Source: Candidatus Bathyarchaeia archaeon (GTDB lineage: Archaea; Thermoproteota; Bathyarchaeia; Bathyarchaeales; Bathycorpusculaceae). From it: DNA of 53,196 nucleotides. Made by a program: the position numbers and the translations under genes. Position 1 is the stretch's first letter; every line of letters starts with the position of its first letter. Below the pieces are notes generated by a model, which had not been told where the DNA came from, made no database searches, and saw only the letters and a program-made list of their open reading frames with translations. Location of the stretch: positions 1-53,196 of the forward strand of contig JBMFOB010000009.1 of NCBI GenBank assembly GCA_049969855.1. Direction: 5' to 3'. Shown piece by piece: positions 19,848-28,727 of the stretch.

Positions 19848-20758
19848 GTTAGGACAACGCATCCATCTTCAACTATTAAAACCGTGTGTTCAGCTTGAGC
19901 AACTGGTTTATTGCTGGCTTCAATGAATACTGGATATTCCATTACAGATTTGGAAGCCAACAATTCTTTGAAGGCTTCATGAAAATGTGCTTGTGGAACA
20001 ACATTTTTTAGCCAGCGTTCGGCAAAAGGCAGAGTTCTAAAGTTTTCCTCAATGTATTTTAAAAGTTTTTTTGAGTGTTGATTTTTCATTGACCTAGACT
20101 TGAGAAAGCGGAAAATTGTGGCTAATTCGCTGTCTCTTACTCGTCCAATGGCGTCTGGAAGAGTTACGAAGGGTTCGATGGCGTAAACTTCGCCAAGTTT
20201 AATTTTTGAAAAGGATAATTGCGAAACGTTTGGTATGGAGGTGCCGGCGTGCACAAGATATCTGCCAACCTGATGCCCTGTTAGGTTTGAAATTGGTTTG
20301 AAGCCGTGGGATTTTATGGTTTTTTCAATGATGGCGCCAAGTTTTGACGTGGAAATTTCTGGGCGGATGTTTTCTATTGCTTTTTTTAAGGCTTGCTCCG
20401 CCGCTTCAACAAGGCTTTCATATTCTGGGTTAAAACATAATGTGACTGCCGTGTCTGTTACATAACCGTCTACGTGGACGCCTATGTCCACTTTGACCAG
20501 GGAGTTTTTTGGAATTTTACTTTTGTCATTTGGAGGCGAAGTATAATGTGCTGCAATTTCGTTTATTGAAACGTTGCATGGGAAAGCGGGTTTTCCGCCT
20601 TTCTTTCGTATTAGGTTTTCTGCTTTTTCGCATACTTCAATTATTGGCATTTCTTCGTGCACAAAATTTCTCATTTCTTCCCGTGTTTCGCGGAGAATTT
20701 TTCCAGACAGCTTAAATTTTTTTAGGGCTTCCTCATCGTAAACGCTCATTAACTTCAC
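19844..20758 (-). CDS. map: Type II methionyl aminopeptidase
   Basis: AFPCNVS...AAHY, DIGVHVDG, NLTGH, AIEPF, QAEHT. Confidence 0.97.
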   Translation of the reverse strand: MKLMSVYDEEALKKFKLSGKILRETREEMRNFVHEEMPIIEVCEKAENLIRKKGGKPAFPCNVSINEIAAHYTSPPNDKSKIPKNSLVKVDIGVHVDGYVTDTAVTLCFNPEYESLVEAAEQALKKAIENIRPEISTSKLGAIIEKTIKSHGFKPISNLTGHQVGRYLVHAGTSIPNVSQLSFSKIKLGEVYAIEPFVTLPDAIGRVRDSELATIFRFLKSRSMKNQHSKKLLKYIEENFRTLPFAERWLKNVVPQAHFHEAFKELLASKSVMEYPVFIEASNKPVAQAEHTVLIVEDGCVVLT

Positions 20759-20820
20759 ACTTACTTTTATTAACGCTTACAATGTTATAGTTTAAAAGTT
20801 TAATGATGAGGTGAAAATGG

Positions 20821-21492
20821 TTGGTTAAAATAACATGGTTTGGACATGCAGCCTTCAAAATTGAAACTGCCAATAAAATTGTCTTGGTTGACCCGTGGCT
20901 TGATGGAAATCCAACATCGCCAGTGAAGGCTTCAGAAATAAGCAAGGCGGACATAGTTTTTGTTACCCACGACCATGGAGACCACTTAGGCGAAGCCTTC
21001 GCCATTTGCAAAAGGACGGGCGCAACCTTTGCAGCTGTGGTGGAGCTTGCCCACTACGCTCAAGAGAACGGCGTAAAAAAGGCTGTTGGATTAAACTTTG
21101 GCGGAAGCATAGAAATCGAAGGAGTGAAGCTTTCCATTATTCCAGCAGTTCACACATGCTCCAGAGGCGCACCAACAGGCATAATAATTCAAGGCGAAGG
21201 CAAAACCGTTTACCATGCTGGAGACACAGCGTTTTTTGGAGACATGCAGTTCATAGGCGAGTTTTACAAGCCTGACGTTGCTTTGATTCCCATGGGAGGC
21301 TACTACACCATGGACGCTAAAGAAGCGGTTGAAGCAATAAAATTGTTAAAGCCAAAAGCGGTTATTCCAATGCATTACAAAACCTTCCCAGTTCTAGCAC
21401 AGTCAGCAGACGAATTTGTGAAAATTGCCAAAGAAAAAGTGCCGAAAGTGAAAGTTGTAGCGCTGAAGCCAGGCGAAAGCTACCAGTTTTAG
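20821..21492 (+). CDS. UPF0173 metal-dependent hydrolase (MBL fold)
   Basis: WFGHA, VDPW, THDHGDH, YHAGDT, IPMHY. Confidence 0.93.
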   Translation: MVKITWFGHAAFKIETANKIVLVDPWLDGNPTSPVKASEISKADIVFVTHDHGDHLGEAFAICKRTGATFAAVVELAHYAQENGVKKAVGLNFGGSIEIEGVKLSIIPAVHTCSRGAPTGIIIQGEGKTVYHAGDTAFFGDMQFIGEFYKPDVALIPMGGYYTMDAKEAVEAIKLLKPKAVIPMHYKTFPVLAQSADEFVKIAKEKVPKVKVVALKPGESYQF

Positions 21493-22055
21493 AGTGTAGG
21501 CTTGAAAACTTTGGGTTTGAGGGTTGCAAATTCGTCTCCGCCAATGTGAAAAATCATCTTTGCTTTTTCTAAATTGTAAACGTCAGTAAAGGCTTCTTTT
21601 TCAGCATAGGCTTCAACTATTTCGCCAACGAAAATTGTGTGGTCTCCTGTTGTAAATTGGCTGTGAAGTTTGCATTCTAGATGGGCTATGCACTCTTTTA
21701 TTATTGGAGGCTTCACCTTTCTGGCTGGTGCTGGTGTTAAGCCAGTTTCCTTAAATTTGTCATGTTCTCTGCCGCTTCTTCTGCCGCAAAACAAGGTTTC
21801 CTTCAATATTTCCATTGTTGGAATGTTCACCACAAACTCTTTCGTTTCTTCAATGAGCCCATGCGAATATCTTCGCGGAGCGATGCTTATGGCGACAAGA
21901 GGCGGATTTATGGATGTCGGCATAGCCCAAGCCAAAGTGATAATGTTTGGTTTTCCAGCATTGCCAACACATGAGACAAGCACAGTGTGCATTGGATGCA
22001 AAAGCCTTGAGGCAGAAGACAGGTCAACATTAACCGTTTCATTTTCGGAATTCAT
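21489..22055 (-). CDS. Flavin reductase-like FMN-binding protein
   Basis: PPLVAISI, EFVVNIP, HLECKL, GDHTIFVGEI. Confidence 0.92.
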   Translation of the reverse strand: MNSENETVNVDLSSASRLLHPMHTVLVSCVGNAGKPNIITLAWAMPTSINPPLVAISIAPRRYSHGLIEETKEFVVNIPTMEILKETLFCGRRSGREHDKFKETGLTPAPARKVKPPIIKECIAHLECKLHSQFTTGDHTIFVGEIVEAYAEKEAFTDVYNLEKAKMIFHIGGDEFATLKPKVFKPTL

Positions 22056-22270
22056 AATTCTATTCCCGCCTGAATTTTCACATTTAAGGACTGTTGTTTA
22101 AAATGTTTTTCCAAAAAGTTTAAACATTCTGAATCCATTTTTGATTAGGGAACGAGTTGGACTGGCATTAACCTATCCCGAAATTCTCCTGCTTTTTGCA
22201 GTGGACGCACTTAAGTTTAAAAACCTTGCAAATGTATATTTCCCTTCAAACTTGACTGGAGAGGAAAAGT

Positions 22271-23380
22271 TTGCAGTTTGAAGGTGACAAGAAGACGGTT
22301 TTAGATCCCTTCGGAACAAGCGTAGTTGCAGACTACGAGCGGTTGTATAAGGAGTTTGGAATTGAGCCATTTCAGCCTCTGCTTTCACAAGTGCCAAATC
22401 CCTCTGTTTACATGAGGCGCGGAGTAGTTTTTGGGCATAGAGATTTTGGCAGAATATTGAATGCCATGTTAAAGCATGAGGACTTCGCTGTTTTGAGTGG
22501 TATAAAGCCTACAGGCGAATTTCATTTAGGCACTTTAATGACCGCTAAGGAAATAATCTATTTCCAGCAGCATGGCGCCCAAACTTTTTACTGCATTGCT
22601 GACATAGAAGCTTACGAAGACAACAAAATTCCATTCGAAAAAAGCGAGAAAATAGCCGTTGACAATGTTGCCGACCTACTTGCTTTAGGTTTTAACCCAA
22701 AAAGAGGATACATTTACTGTCAATCGAAGGAGAACAATGTAAAGGATTTAGCCATAATCTTCGGAAGAGCCGTAACTTTGGCTACGATGAAAGCAATTTA
22801 TGGAGAACGCAACATTGGGCTTTACCTATCAGCCTTGATTCAAGCTGGAGATATTCTCTTGCCTCAGCTGGAAGAGTTCGGCGGACCCAAACCTACAGTT
22901 GTCCCAGTTGGGGTTGACCAAGACCCTCATATTCGCTTCACAAGGGATCTCGCTCAAATATTCCAGAAAAAGTATGGTTTTATCCTTCCATCTTCAACTT
23001 ATCACAAACTTATGAAGGGGTTGGATGGGTCTCCAAAAATGAGTAAGCGCTTGATGAACTATTTCACCTTACACGATAAGCCTGAAACAATTGCTGAAAG
23101 AATTTCTAACGCCTTTACTGGCGGACGAGCCACAATAAAAGAACAACGCGAACTCGGCGGGGTTCCAGAAATTTGCCCCGTTTACGAAATCTGCTTATTC
23201 CATTTTGTTGAAAATGATGATGAAATAATCAAGACTTATCATGAGTGCAGAACTGGAAAACTATTATGCGGGGAACATAAAAAGCAGACAATCGACACAG
23301 TCTTAAGGTTTGTAAAGGAACACCAGCATAAAAAGCGGAAATTTATTGATAAAGCACGGGAAATTCTACAAGTTGAATAG
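22271..23380 (+). CDS. trpS: Tryptophan--tRNA ligase
   Basis: MRRGVVFGHRD, HLGT, PVGVDQDPHIRFTRD, KMSK, AFTGG. Confidence 0.95.
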   Translation: MQFEGDKKTVLDPFGTSVVADYERLYKEFGIEPFQPLLSQVPNPSVYMRRGVVFGHRDFGRILNAMLKHEDFAVLSGIKPTGEFHLGTLMTAKEIIYFQQHGAQTFYCIADIEAYEDNKIPFEKSEKIAVDNVADLLALGFNPKRGYIYCQSKENNVKDLAIIFGRAVTLATMKAIYGERNIGLYLSALIQAGDILLPQLEEFGGPKPTVVPVGVDQDPHIRFTRDLAQIFQKKYGFILPSSTYHKLMKGLDGSPKMSKRLMNYFTLHDKPETIAERISNAFTGGRATIKEQRELGGVPEICPVYEICLFHFVENDDEIIKTYHECRTGKLLCGEHKKQTIDTVLRFVKEHQHKKRKFIDKAREILQVE

Positions 23381-23565
23381 CAAAATGAAATAAGTCATAA
23401 ATAGTCTTTATGCATTTTTTAATACGGTGAAGTGATGCCCCGCCAATTTACTTGAAAAACAAAAAGTTTTCTGGTCAAAAGCCATTGAGGGGCATGCATA
23501 CTTTTATTAAAACTGAAACAACTACATTACGGAAAAAGCACACACATCCACGAAGGGAAAAAGTC

Positions 23566-25077
23566 ATGGTTAAGCTTAGAGAACAGGAATCCAAAATACT
23601 TTTAAGCCTAGAAAAACTTGGCGGAAAGGCTTCTGTGGAAAAATTGACAATTGAAAGTGGGCTTTCCGATGCGGCTGTAATGCGTGCAGCCTTGACATTG
23701 CAAGAGAAGAGACTGTTAAAAATTCATGAAGAGAAACAAATGGTAGTCAAGCTTAATGAGGAGGGAAAAATTCACGCCAAAGAAGGCTTGCCGGAAAGGC
23801 GTTTAATAAACGCTCTAGAAGAATTCGGCGGAAAAGCAACCATTGAAAAAGCTGCTGAAAAAGCCAATTTAGAAAAACATTTCATACCCATAGCCTTGGG
23901 CTGGATTCAGAAAAAGAAGTGGGCAAAACTTGACACTAAAACGAACACGTTGCAGATGCTGGAAAAGCCAAGGGAAGGAGAAGATGAAAGGCTTTTGAGA
24001 CTTCTAAACGAAAAAGGACAAATGGCAACTGAGGATTTAAGCCTAGAACTTCAGAAAACCATTCAAATTTTGAAAAGGAGAAAACTTCTTGAGGCTGAGG
24101 AAAAAGCAAAGAGAATAATAGCTTTAGAAGAGGCTGGATGGAAAGCAATAAAAAAGGGAATCAGCATTGCCGCAGAAATAACCCAAATCACGCCAGAACT
24201 CATAATTAGCGGAAAATGGAGAAAAACAAAGCTCCAAAAATACAACATAGAAGCCCCAGTGGCGAAAACTTGGCCTGGCAAGAAGCATCCTTACCTACAA
24301 TTTTTAGACGAAGTTAAACAGAAGCTTGTCACTTTAGGGTTTAAGGAAATGACTGGTCCAACAGTTGAAACGTCATTCTTCAACTTTGACGCCCTTTATA
24401 CGCCGCAGGACCATCCAGCCCGAGAAATCTTCGGCATATACTTCGTTAAATCTCCAAAGTATGGAAACATAAATATTGGTAGGCATGTTTTAGAAAATGT
24501 TAAGGAAACACATGAAAACGGTTGGAAAACTGGTTCAACTGGATGGAGATATCGCTACTCTTTAAAGGAGGCTAGGCGCCTAATTCTTCGCGGTCACGGA
24601 ACATGCCTAAGCGCTAGAACATTGTTAAGCAGGGATTTGGAGGTTCCGGGGCGGTATTTTTCGATTGTGCGGTGTTATAGACCTGAAGTTGTGGATAAGA
24701 CGCATCTTACAGAATTCAATCAGGTGGAAGGCATAGTTGTGGATGAGGATTTGACGCTTAGAGACCTTTTGGGAGTGCTGGAAAAGTTTGCCATTGAAAT
24801 TGCTGGGGCTGACGAAGTTAAATTTAAACCTGACTATTTCCCCTTCACAGAGCCAAGCGTTGAACTGAGCGCATACAAAAAAGGTTATGGATGGATTGAG
24901 TTTGGGGGTTCTGGCATATTTAGACCAGAAGTTACTTTGCCATTAGGCATTGACGTGCCCGTCATCGCTTGGGGTTTAGGCATTGACCGTCTTTTCATGA
25001 TGAAGGCTGGAATAGATGACATTCGCCAGATTTTCACGTATGATTTGGATTGGATTAGGAGGAAAAAGGTGGTTTAG
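23566..25077 (+). CDS. pheS: Phenylalanine--tRNA ligase alpha subunit
   Basis: NFDALYTPQDHPARE, THLTEFNQVEG, YFPFTEPS, GIFRPEV, WGLGIDRL; ATG at 23566 preferred. Confidence 0.97.
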   Translation: MVKLREQESKILLSLEKLGGKASVEKLTIESGLSDAAVMRAALTLQEKRLLKIHEEKQMVVKLNEEGKIHAKEGLPERRLINALEEFGGKATIEKAAEKANLEKHFIPIALGWIQKKKWAKLDTKTNTLQMLEKPREGEDERLLRLLNEKGQMATEDLSLELQKTIQILKRRKLLEAEEKAKRIIALEEAGWKAIKKGISIAAEITQITPELIISGKWRKTKLQKYNIEAPVAKTWPGKKHPYLQFLDEVKQKLVTLGFKEMTGPTVETSFFNFDALYTPQDHPAREIFGIYFVKSPKYGNINIGRHVLENVKETHENGWKTGSTGWRYRYSLKEARRLILRGHGTCLSARTLLSRDLEVPGRYFSIVRCYRPEVVDKTHLTEFNQVEGIVVDEDLTLRDLLGVLEKFAIEIAGADEVKFKPDYFPFTEPSVELSAYKKGYGWIEFGGSGIFRPEVTLPLGIDVPVIAWGLGIDRLFMMKAGIDDIRQIFTYDLDWIRRKKVV

Positions 25078-25078
25078 G

Positions 25079-26767
25079 ATGCCGACAATAGATGTTGATT
25101 ATGCAGAATTTGAGAGAATGCTCGGCGTAGAACTGCACGGGGACATGGAAAGGCTTAATGAGATTCTAGCTTACGTTAAGGGCGAAGTGAAAATTTTCGA
25201 CGAAAAAGAAGGCGTGATGAGCATTGAAATTAAAGACACAAACCGCCCAGACATATGGAACATTGAAGGCTTAACCCGCGCCCTACGGGGTTTTCTTGGA
25301 ATAGAAGAGGGACTAAAACCCTACGCGGTTGACAAACCAATAGTTGAGGTCCACGTTGACCCAGAATTGAGGAATATTAGACCGTTCATAGGCTGCTCAA
25401 TAGTTAAGGACGTGAAGCTAAATGACACAATAATTCGTGGACTAATGCATTTGCAGGACAAACTTGACCAAACCTATGGAAGGAATAGGCAACGCACTTC
25501 AATTGGATTGTATGACTTCAGCCTCATAACACAACCGCTCTATTATGGGGTTGCCAAACCAACCGAAGTTAGTTTTGTCCCTCTTGGTTTTGGAGAAAAG
25601 CTGAGCTTGGCTGAGATTTTGGAGCGGCATCCAAAGGGCATAGAGTATGGGCATATCGTGAAAAAGCATAAGGTTTATCCCATACTCAAAGATTCAAAAC
25701 AGAAAGTGTTATCCTTCCCACCCATAATAAATTCGAACGATTTGGGAAAAGTTACAGAAGAAACCAAACACGTTCTCGTTGAAGTGACGGGTACAGCGCA
25801 TGAAACCGTGCTTAACACTTTGAAAATCGTTACGTTATCATTGGTTGACCGTGGAGGAAAAGCCTACTCAGCAACAATCCATTATCCACATGAGAACTTG
25901 AAGGTTGTTACGCCTAAGCTTGACACTTGGCTTATGGAATTGGATGTTGAATATGTAAACAAAGTTTTAGGCTTAAAGTTAACAGCCCAAAAAATCGCCC
26001 AACTTCTTGCAAAAGCAAAATTCGGCATCGAAAAACTTGGACGCAACAAGGTAAGCGTGCAAATTCCATGTTACAGAATTGACGTAATGCATCCCATAGA
26101 CTTGGTTGAGGACATAGCAATAGCCTACGGATACAACAAAATTAAGCCCTTGTGGCGCAAACTCCCAACTATTGGAGGCGTTAATCCAAAACAGGGTTTG
26201 TTGAATGTTGCAAGAGAGCTTATGATTGGCATGGGTTTTCAAGAAGTCCTAACCTACACGATGACGAATCCAGAAAACCTATTCACAAAAATGAACCGCA
26301 GAAAAACGCGGACAGTTGAGGTTGCAAATCCAAAGGTTCAAACCTTCACTTGCCTAAGAAGTTGGCTTCTGCCAAGCCTCATGGAGTTTTTAAGCAACAA
26401 CCTCCATGTTGAGTATCCGCAGAAAATCTTCGAGTTGGGCATTGTTACGCTTTTAGACGAGAAGAGGGAGACAAAAACAAGGGATGAAGATAGACTTGCA
26501 GCGGTTATTTCTCACGCAAACGCAAGCTTCAGCGAAATAAAATCAGCTTTAGACGCCTTCTTCCTAAACCTTGGCTTAAAATGGCAGATAAAAGAGACGA
26601 AGCATCCAAGCTTCATAAATGGAAGAGTAGGCACAGCAATAGTAAACGGCAAAAACGTCGGCGTCATAGGCGAAATTCACCCAAAAGTTTTGGAAGCATG
26701 GAAACTTGAAAATCCAACAGCAGCCTTCGAAATAAACATGGAAACAATAATTTGGAGAAAAACCTAG
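25079..26767 (+). CDS. pheT: Phenylalanine--tRNA ligase beta subunit
   Basis: MPTI start, NRPD, QDKLDQTYGRNR, SFPPIINS, RIDVMHPIDLVEDIAIAYGY. Confidence 0.97.
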   Translation: MPTIDVDYAEFERMLGVELHGDMERLNEILAYVKGEVKIFDEKEGVMSIEIKDTNRPDIWNIEGLTRALRGFLGIEEGLKPYAVDKPIVEVHVDPELRNIRPFIGCSIVKDVKLNDTIIRGLMHLQDKLDQTYGRNRQRTSIGLYDFSLITQPLYYGVAKPTEVSFVPLGFGEKLSLAEILERHPKGIEYGHIVKKHKVYPILKDSKQKVLSFPPIINSNDLGKVTEETKHVLVEVTGTAHETVLNTLKIVTLSLVDRGGKAYSATIHYPHENLKVVTPKLDTWLMELDVEYVNKVLGLKLTAQKIAQLLAKAKFGIEKLGRNKVSVQIPCYRIDVMHPIDLVEDIAIAYGYNKIKPLWRKLPTIGGVNPKQGLLNVARELMIGMGFQEVLTYTMTNPENLFTKMNRRKTRTVEVANPKVQTFTCLRSWLLPSLMEFLSNNLHVEYPQKIFELGIVTLLDEKRETKTRDEDRLAAVISHANASFSEIKSALDAFFLNLGLKWQIKETKHPSFINGRVGTAIVNGKNVGVIGEIHPKVLEAWKLENPTAAFEINMETIIWRKT

Positions 26768-26844
26768 AGAGGGTAGGTCCGTATTGGTTAATTTCACAGT
26801 CAAAAATACATGAAATAGTAACATTTAACTTACCGAAAAATAAA

Positions 26845-27070
26845 CCTACAATTTGGCAATGACTTGTAGAGCCTCCTAATCCCACCGATAAATTCATGCA
26901 GACGGACACAACAGAGGCGAAAAGCCATTGAAGACGGGTTTACCCAAGCATGAGACACGGTGGGCGCGGGCGCAAAGCTCCCACACTGGAGAGAGCTTAA
27001 CCAAGAGGAGCGCAAGACTCCACAATGAAGTTAAGTGATAGGTTGGGTGGGAAACAAACGCCCGCGAAAC
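26845..27070 (+). ncRNA. Unassigned structured RNA candidate (two long stem-loop domains, K-turn)
   Basis: GC-rich island with paired segments 26881-87/26958-64, 26894-99/26948-53, 26965-72/27059-66, 26979-84/27047-52, 26995-27001/27030-36; A-rich loops on the + strand. Confidence 0.65.
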
Positions 27071-27118
27071 AACTTTTAAGTCTGGCTTTGCATAAAATGA
27101 AGGAAGGCTTGATAAGAT

Positions 27119-28195
27119 TTGGATATAGAAACAAAAATTGAACTAATCAAGAAACCGCCAACAGAAGAAATCCTAGTGGAAGAGGAATTAAGAGAACTTT
27201 TAGAAACAAACGAGCATCCAGGACATTACATAGGCTTCGAAATTTCAGGCTTGCTGCACCTTGGAAACCTCGTCATCTCGGGATTTAAAATAAACGACTT
27301 CATTAAGGCGGGAATAAGATGCCAAGCTTACATGGCTGATTGGCACAGTTTCATCAATGACAAGTTTGGCGGAGACTGGGACAAGATTCTGAAAGCGGCA
27401 AAATATTATGAGAAAGCCTTCAAATTCTTCTGTTCAGGAGTGAAAGTTGTCTCAGGTTCAGAATTATACAGCAAAAACCTCGAATACTGGAGGAACGTCA
27501 TCAAATTCGCCAAGCACATGACAATAGCCCGAAGCCTAAGATGCATGACAATAATGGGAAGAAGCGAATCAGAAAAACTTGACCTTTCACAATATTTCTA
27601 CCCACCAATGCAAGCAGTAGACATAAAAGAAATAGGCGCTGATATACCGCACGGCGGAATGGACCAAAGAAAAGCCCATGTCTTAGCAAGAGAAGTTTTT
27701 CCAAAAATGGGATGGAAAAAACCAGTGGCAGTCCACCACCACCTCCTAATGGGAATTGCAAAACCAGTAGAGCTAAAATCAAAGGATAAACTGGAACAGG
27801 TTATAGCAAGCAAAATGAGCAAGTCAAAACCTTGGACAGCCATATTCATCCACGACACAGAAGAAGAGATAAGGGCAAAACTGCAAAAAGCATGGTGTCC
27901 AGAAAAACAAACAGAGGCAAACCCAATTTTGGAAATAGTGAAATACATAATATTCCACGAAACAGAAGCCTTCCAAATAGAGAGACCAGCAAAATTCGGC
28001 GGCACAATACAATTCGAAAGCTATGAAATGTTAGAAAAGGCTTACAGAAACGGCGAAGTGCACCCTCAAGACCTAAAAAATGCTGTGGCAAAAGAAATAG
28101 CAAAAATCCTAGAACCAGTCAGAAAATATTTTGAAACAGACAAAGAAGCAAAACAATGTCTAGAAATCGTTAAAAAGGCTGAAGTGACAAGGTAA
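27119..28195 (+). CDS. tyrS: Tyrosine--tRNA ligase
   Basis: YIGFEISGLLHLG, YPPMQAVD, GGMDQRKAH, KMSKS, HPQDLK. Confidence 0.97.
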   Translation: MDIETKIELIKKPPTEEILVEEELRELLETNEHPGHYIGFEISGLLHLGNLVISGFKINDFIKAGIRCQAYMADWHSFINDKFGGDWDKILKAAKYYEKAFKFFCSGVKVVSGSELYSKNLEYWRNVIKFAKHMTIARSLRCMTIMGRSESEKLDLSQYFYPPMQAVDIKEIGADIPHGGMDQRKAHVLAREVFPKMGWKKPVAVHHHLLMGIAKPVELKSKDKLEQVIASKMSKSKPWTAIFIHDTEEEIRAKLQKAWCPEKQTEANPILEIVKYIIFHETEAFQIERPAKFGGTIQFESYEMLEKAYRNGEVHPQDLKNAVAKEIAKILEPVRKYFETDKEAKQCLEIVKKAEVTR

Positions 28196-28200
28196 AAATT

Positions 28201-28617
28201 TTGTCCACGCACCTAAAAGAGAAAGAAGAAAAAATTCTGCAAATTCTGGAACAATTAGCCGAAGAAACCCGAAAGGGAACACCAATAATCGTAGAAGGCA
28301 AAAAAGACATAGAAACACTAAAAACGCTTAATATTGAAGGCAAGATAATATCTGCAAAAACTGGCGGCAAAACCCTCCTAGACACGATTTCGGAACTGGA
28401 AAAAACCCATTCCCAAAAAGTTGTTTTATTATTGGATTTTGACAGAAGGGGAAAAGAATTAACAAAAAACTTGGAGAAACATTTTGAAATAATGGGAATA
28501 GAGGTTAACCTGAAATTTTGGCGTGAACTTTTAGGGCTTTTGGGCAAAGAGTTGAAGGATGTTGAGGGTTTAGCCACATACATAGAAACCTTAAAGAAGA
28601 AGATTTGTAATTCATAA
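28201..28617 (+). CDS. Small Toprim-domain protein
   Basis: IIVEGKKD and LLDFDRRG Toprim motifs. Confidence 0.92.
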   Translation: MSTHLKEKEEKILQILEQLAEETRKGTPIIVEGKKDIETLKTLNIEGKIISAKTGGKTLLDTISELEKTHSQKVVLLLDFDRRGKELTKNLEKHFEIMGIEVNLKFWRELLGLLGKELKDVEGLATYIETLKKKICNS

Positions 28618-28727
28618 AAGTAATAAAGAGTCTAAGTTAACAATCTCGTGTATAGAGAGTCAAAATCACTCTCGTCACGTGATTAAAACTAACCCTTAAA
28701 AATCAAATCAGTTGGAGGTGGACGCTT

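Noticed and set aside
23424-23497. Fluoride riboswitch
   Set aside because: GGTGA...CGCC resemblance only; the conserved GAUG/UGAUG pseudoknot elements are not correctly placed
26664-27015. Minus-strand ORFs of 81 and 61 aa
   Set aside because: Shadow frames over the pheT end and the structured RNA; no protein motifs
26960-27066. T-box or glycine riboswitch (AGAGA, GGGTGG...CCGCG, CTGGAGAGA)
   Set aside because: Only fragments match; no UGGNACC bulge, no clear Tyr specifier loop or terminator, no glycine aptamer core. Kept as an unassigned RNA
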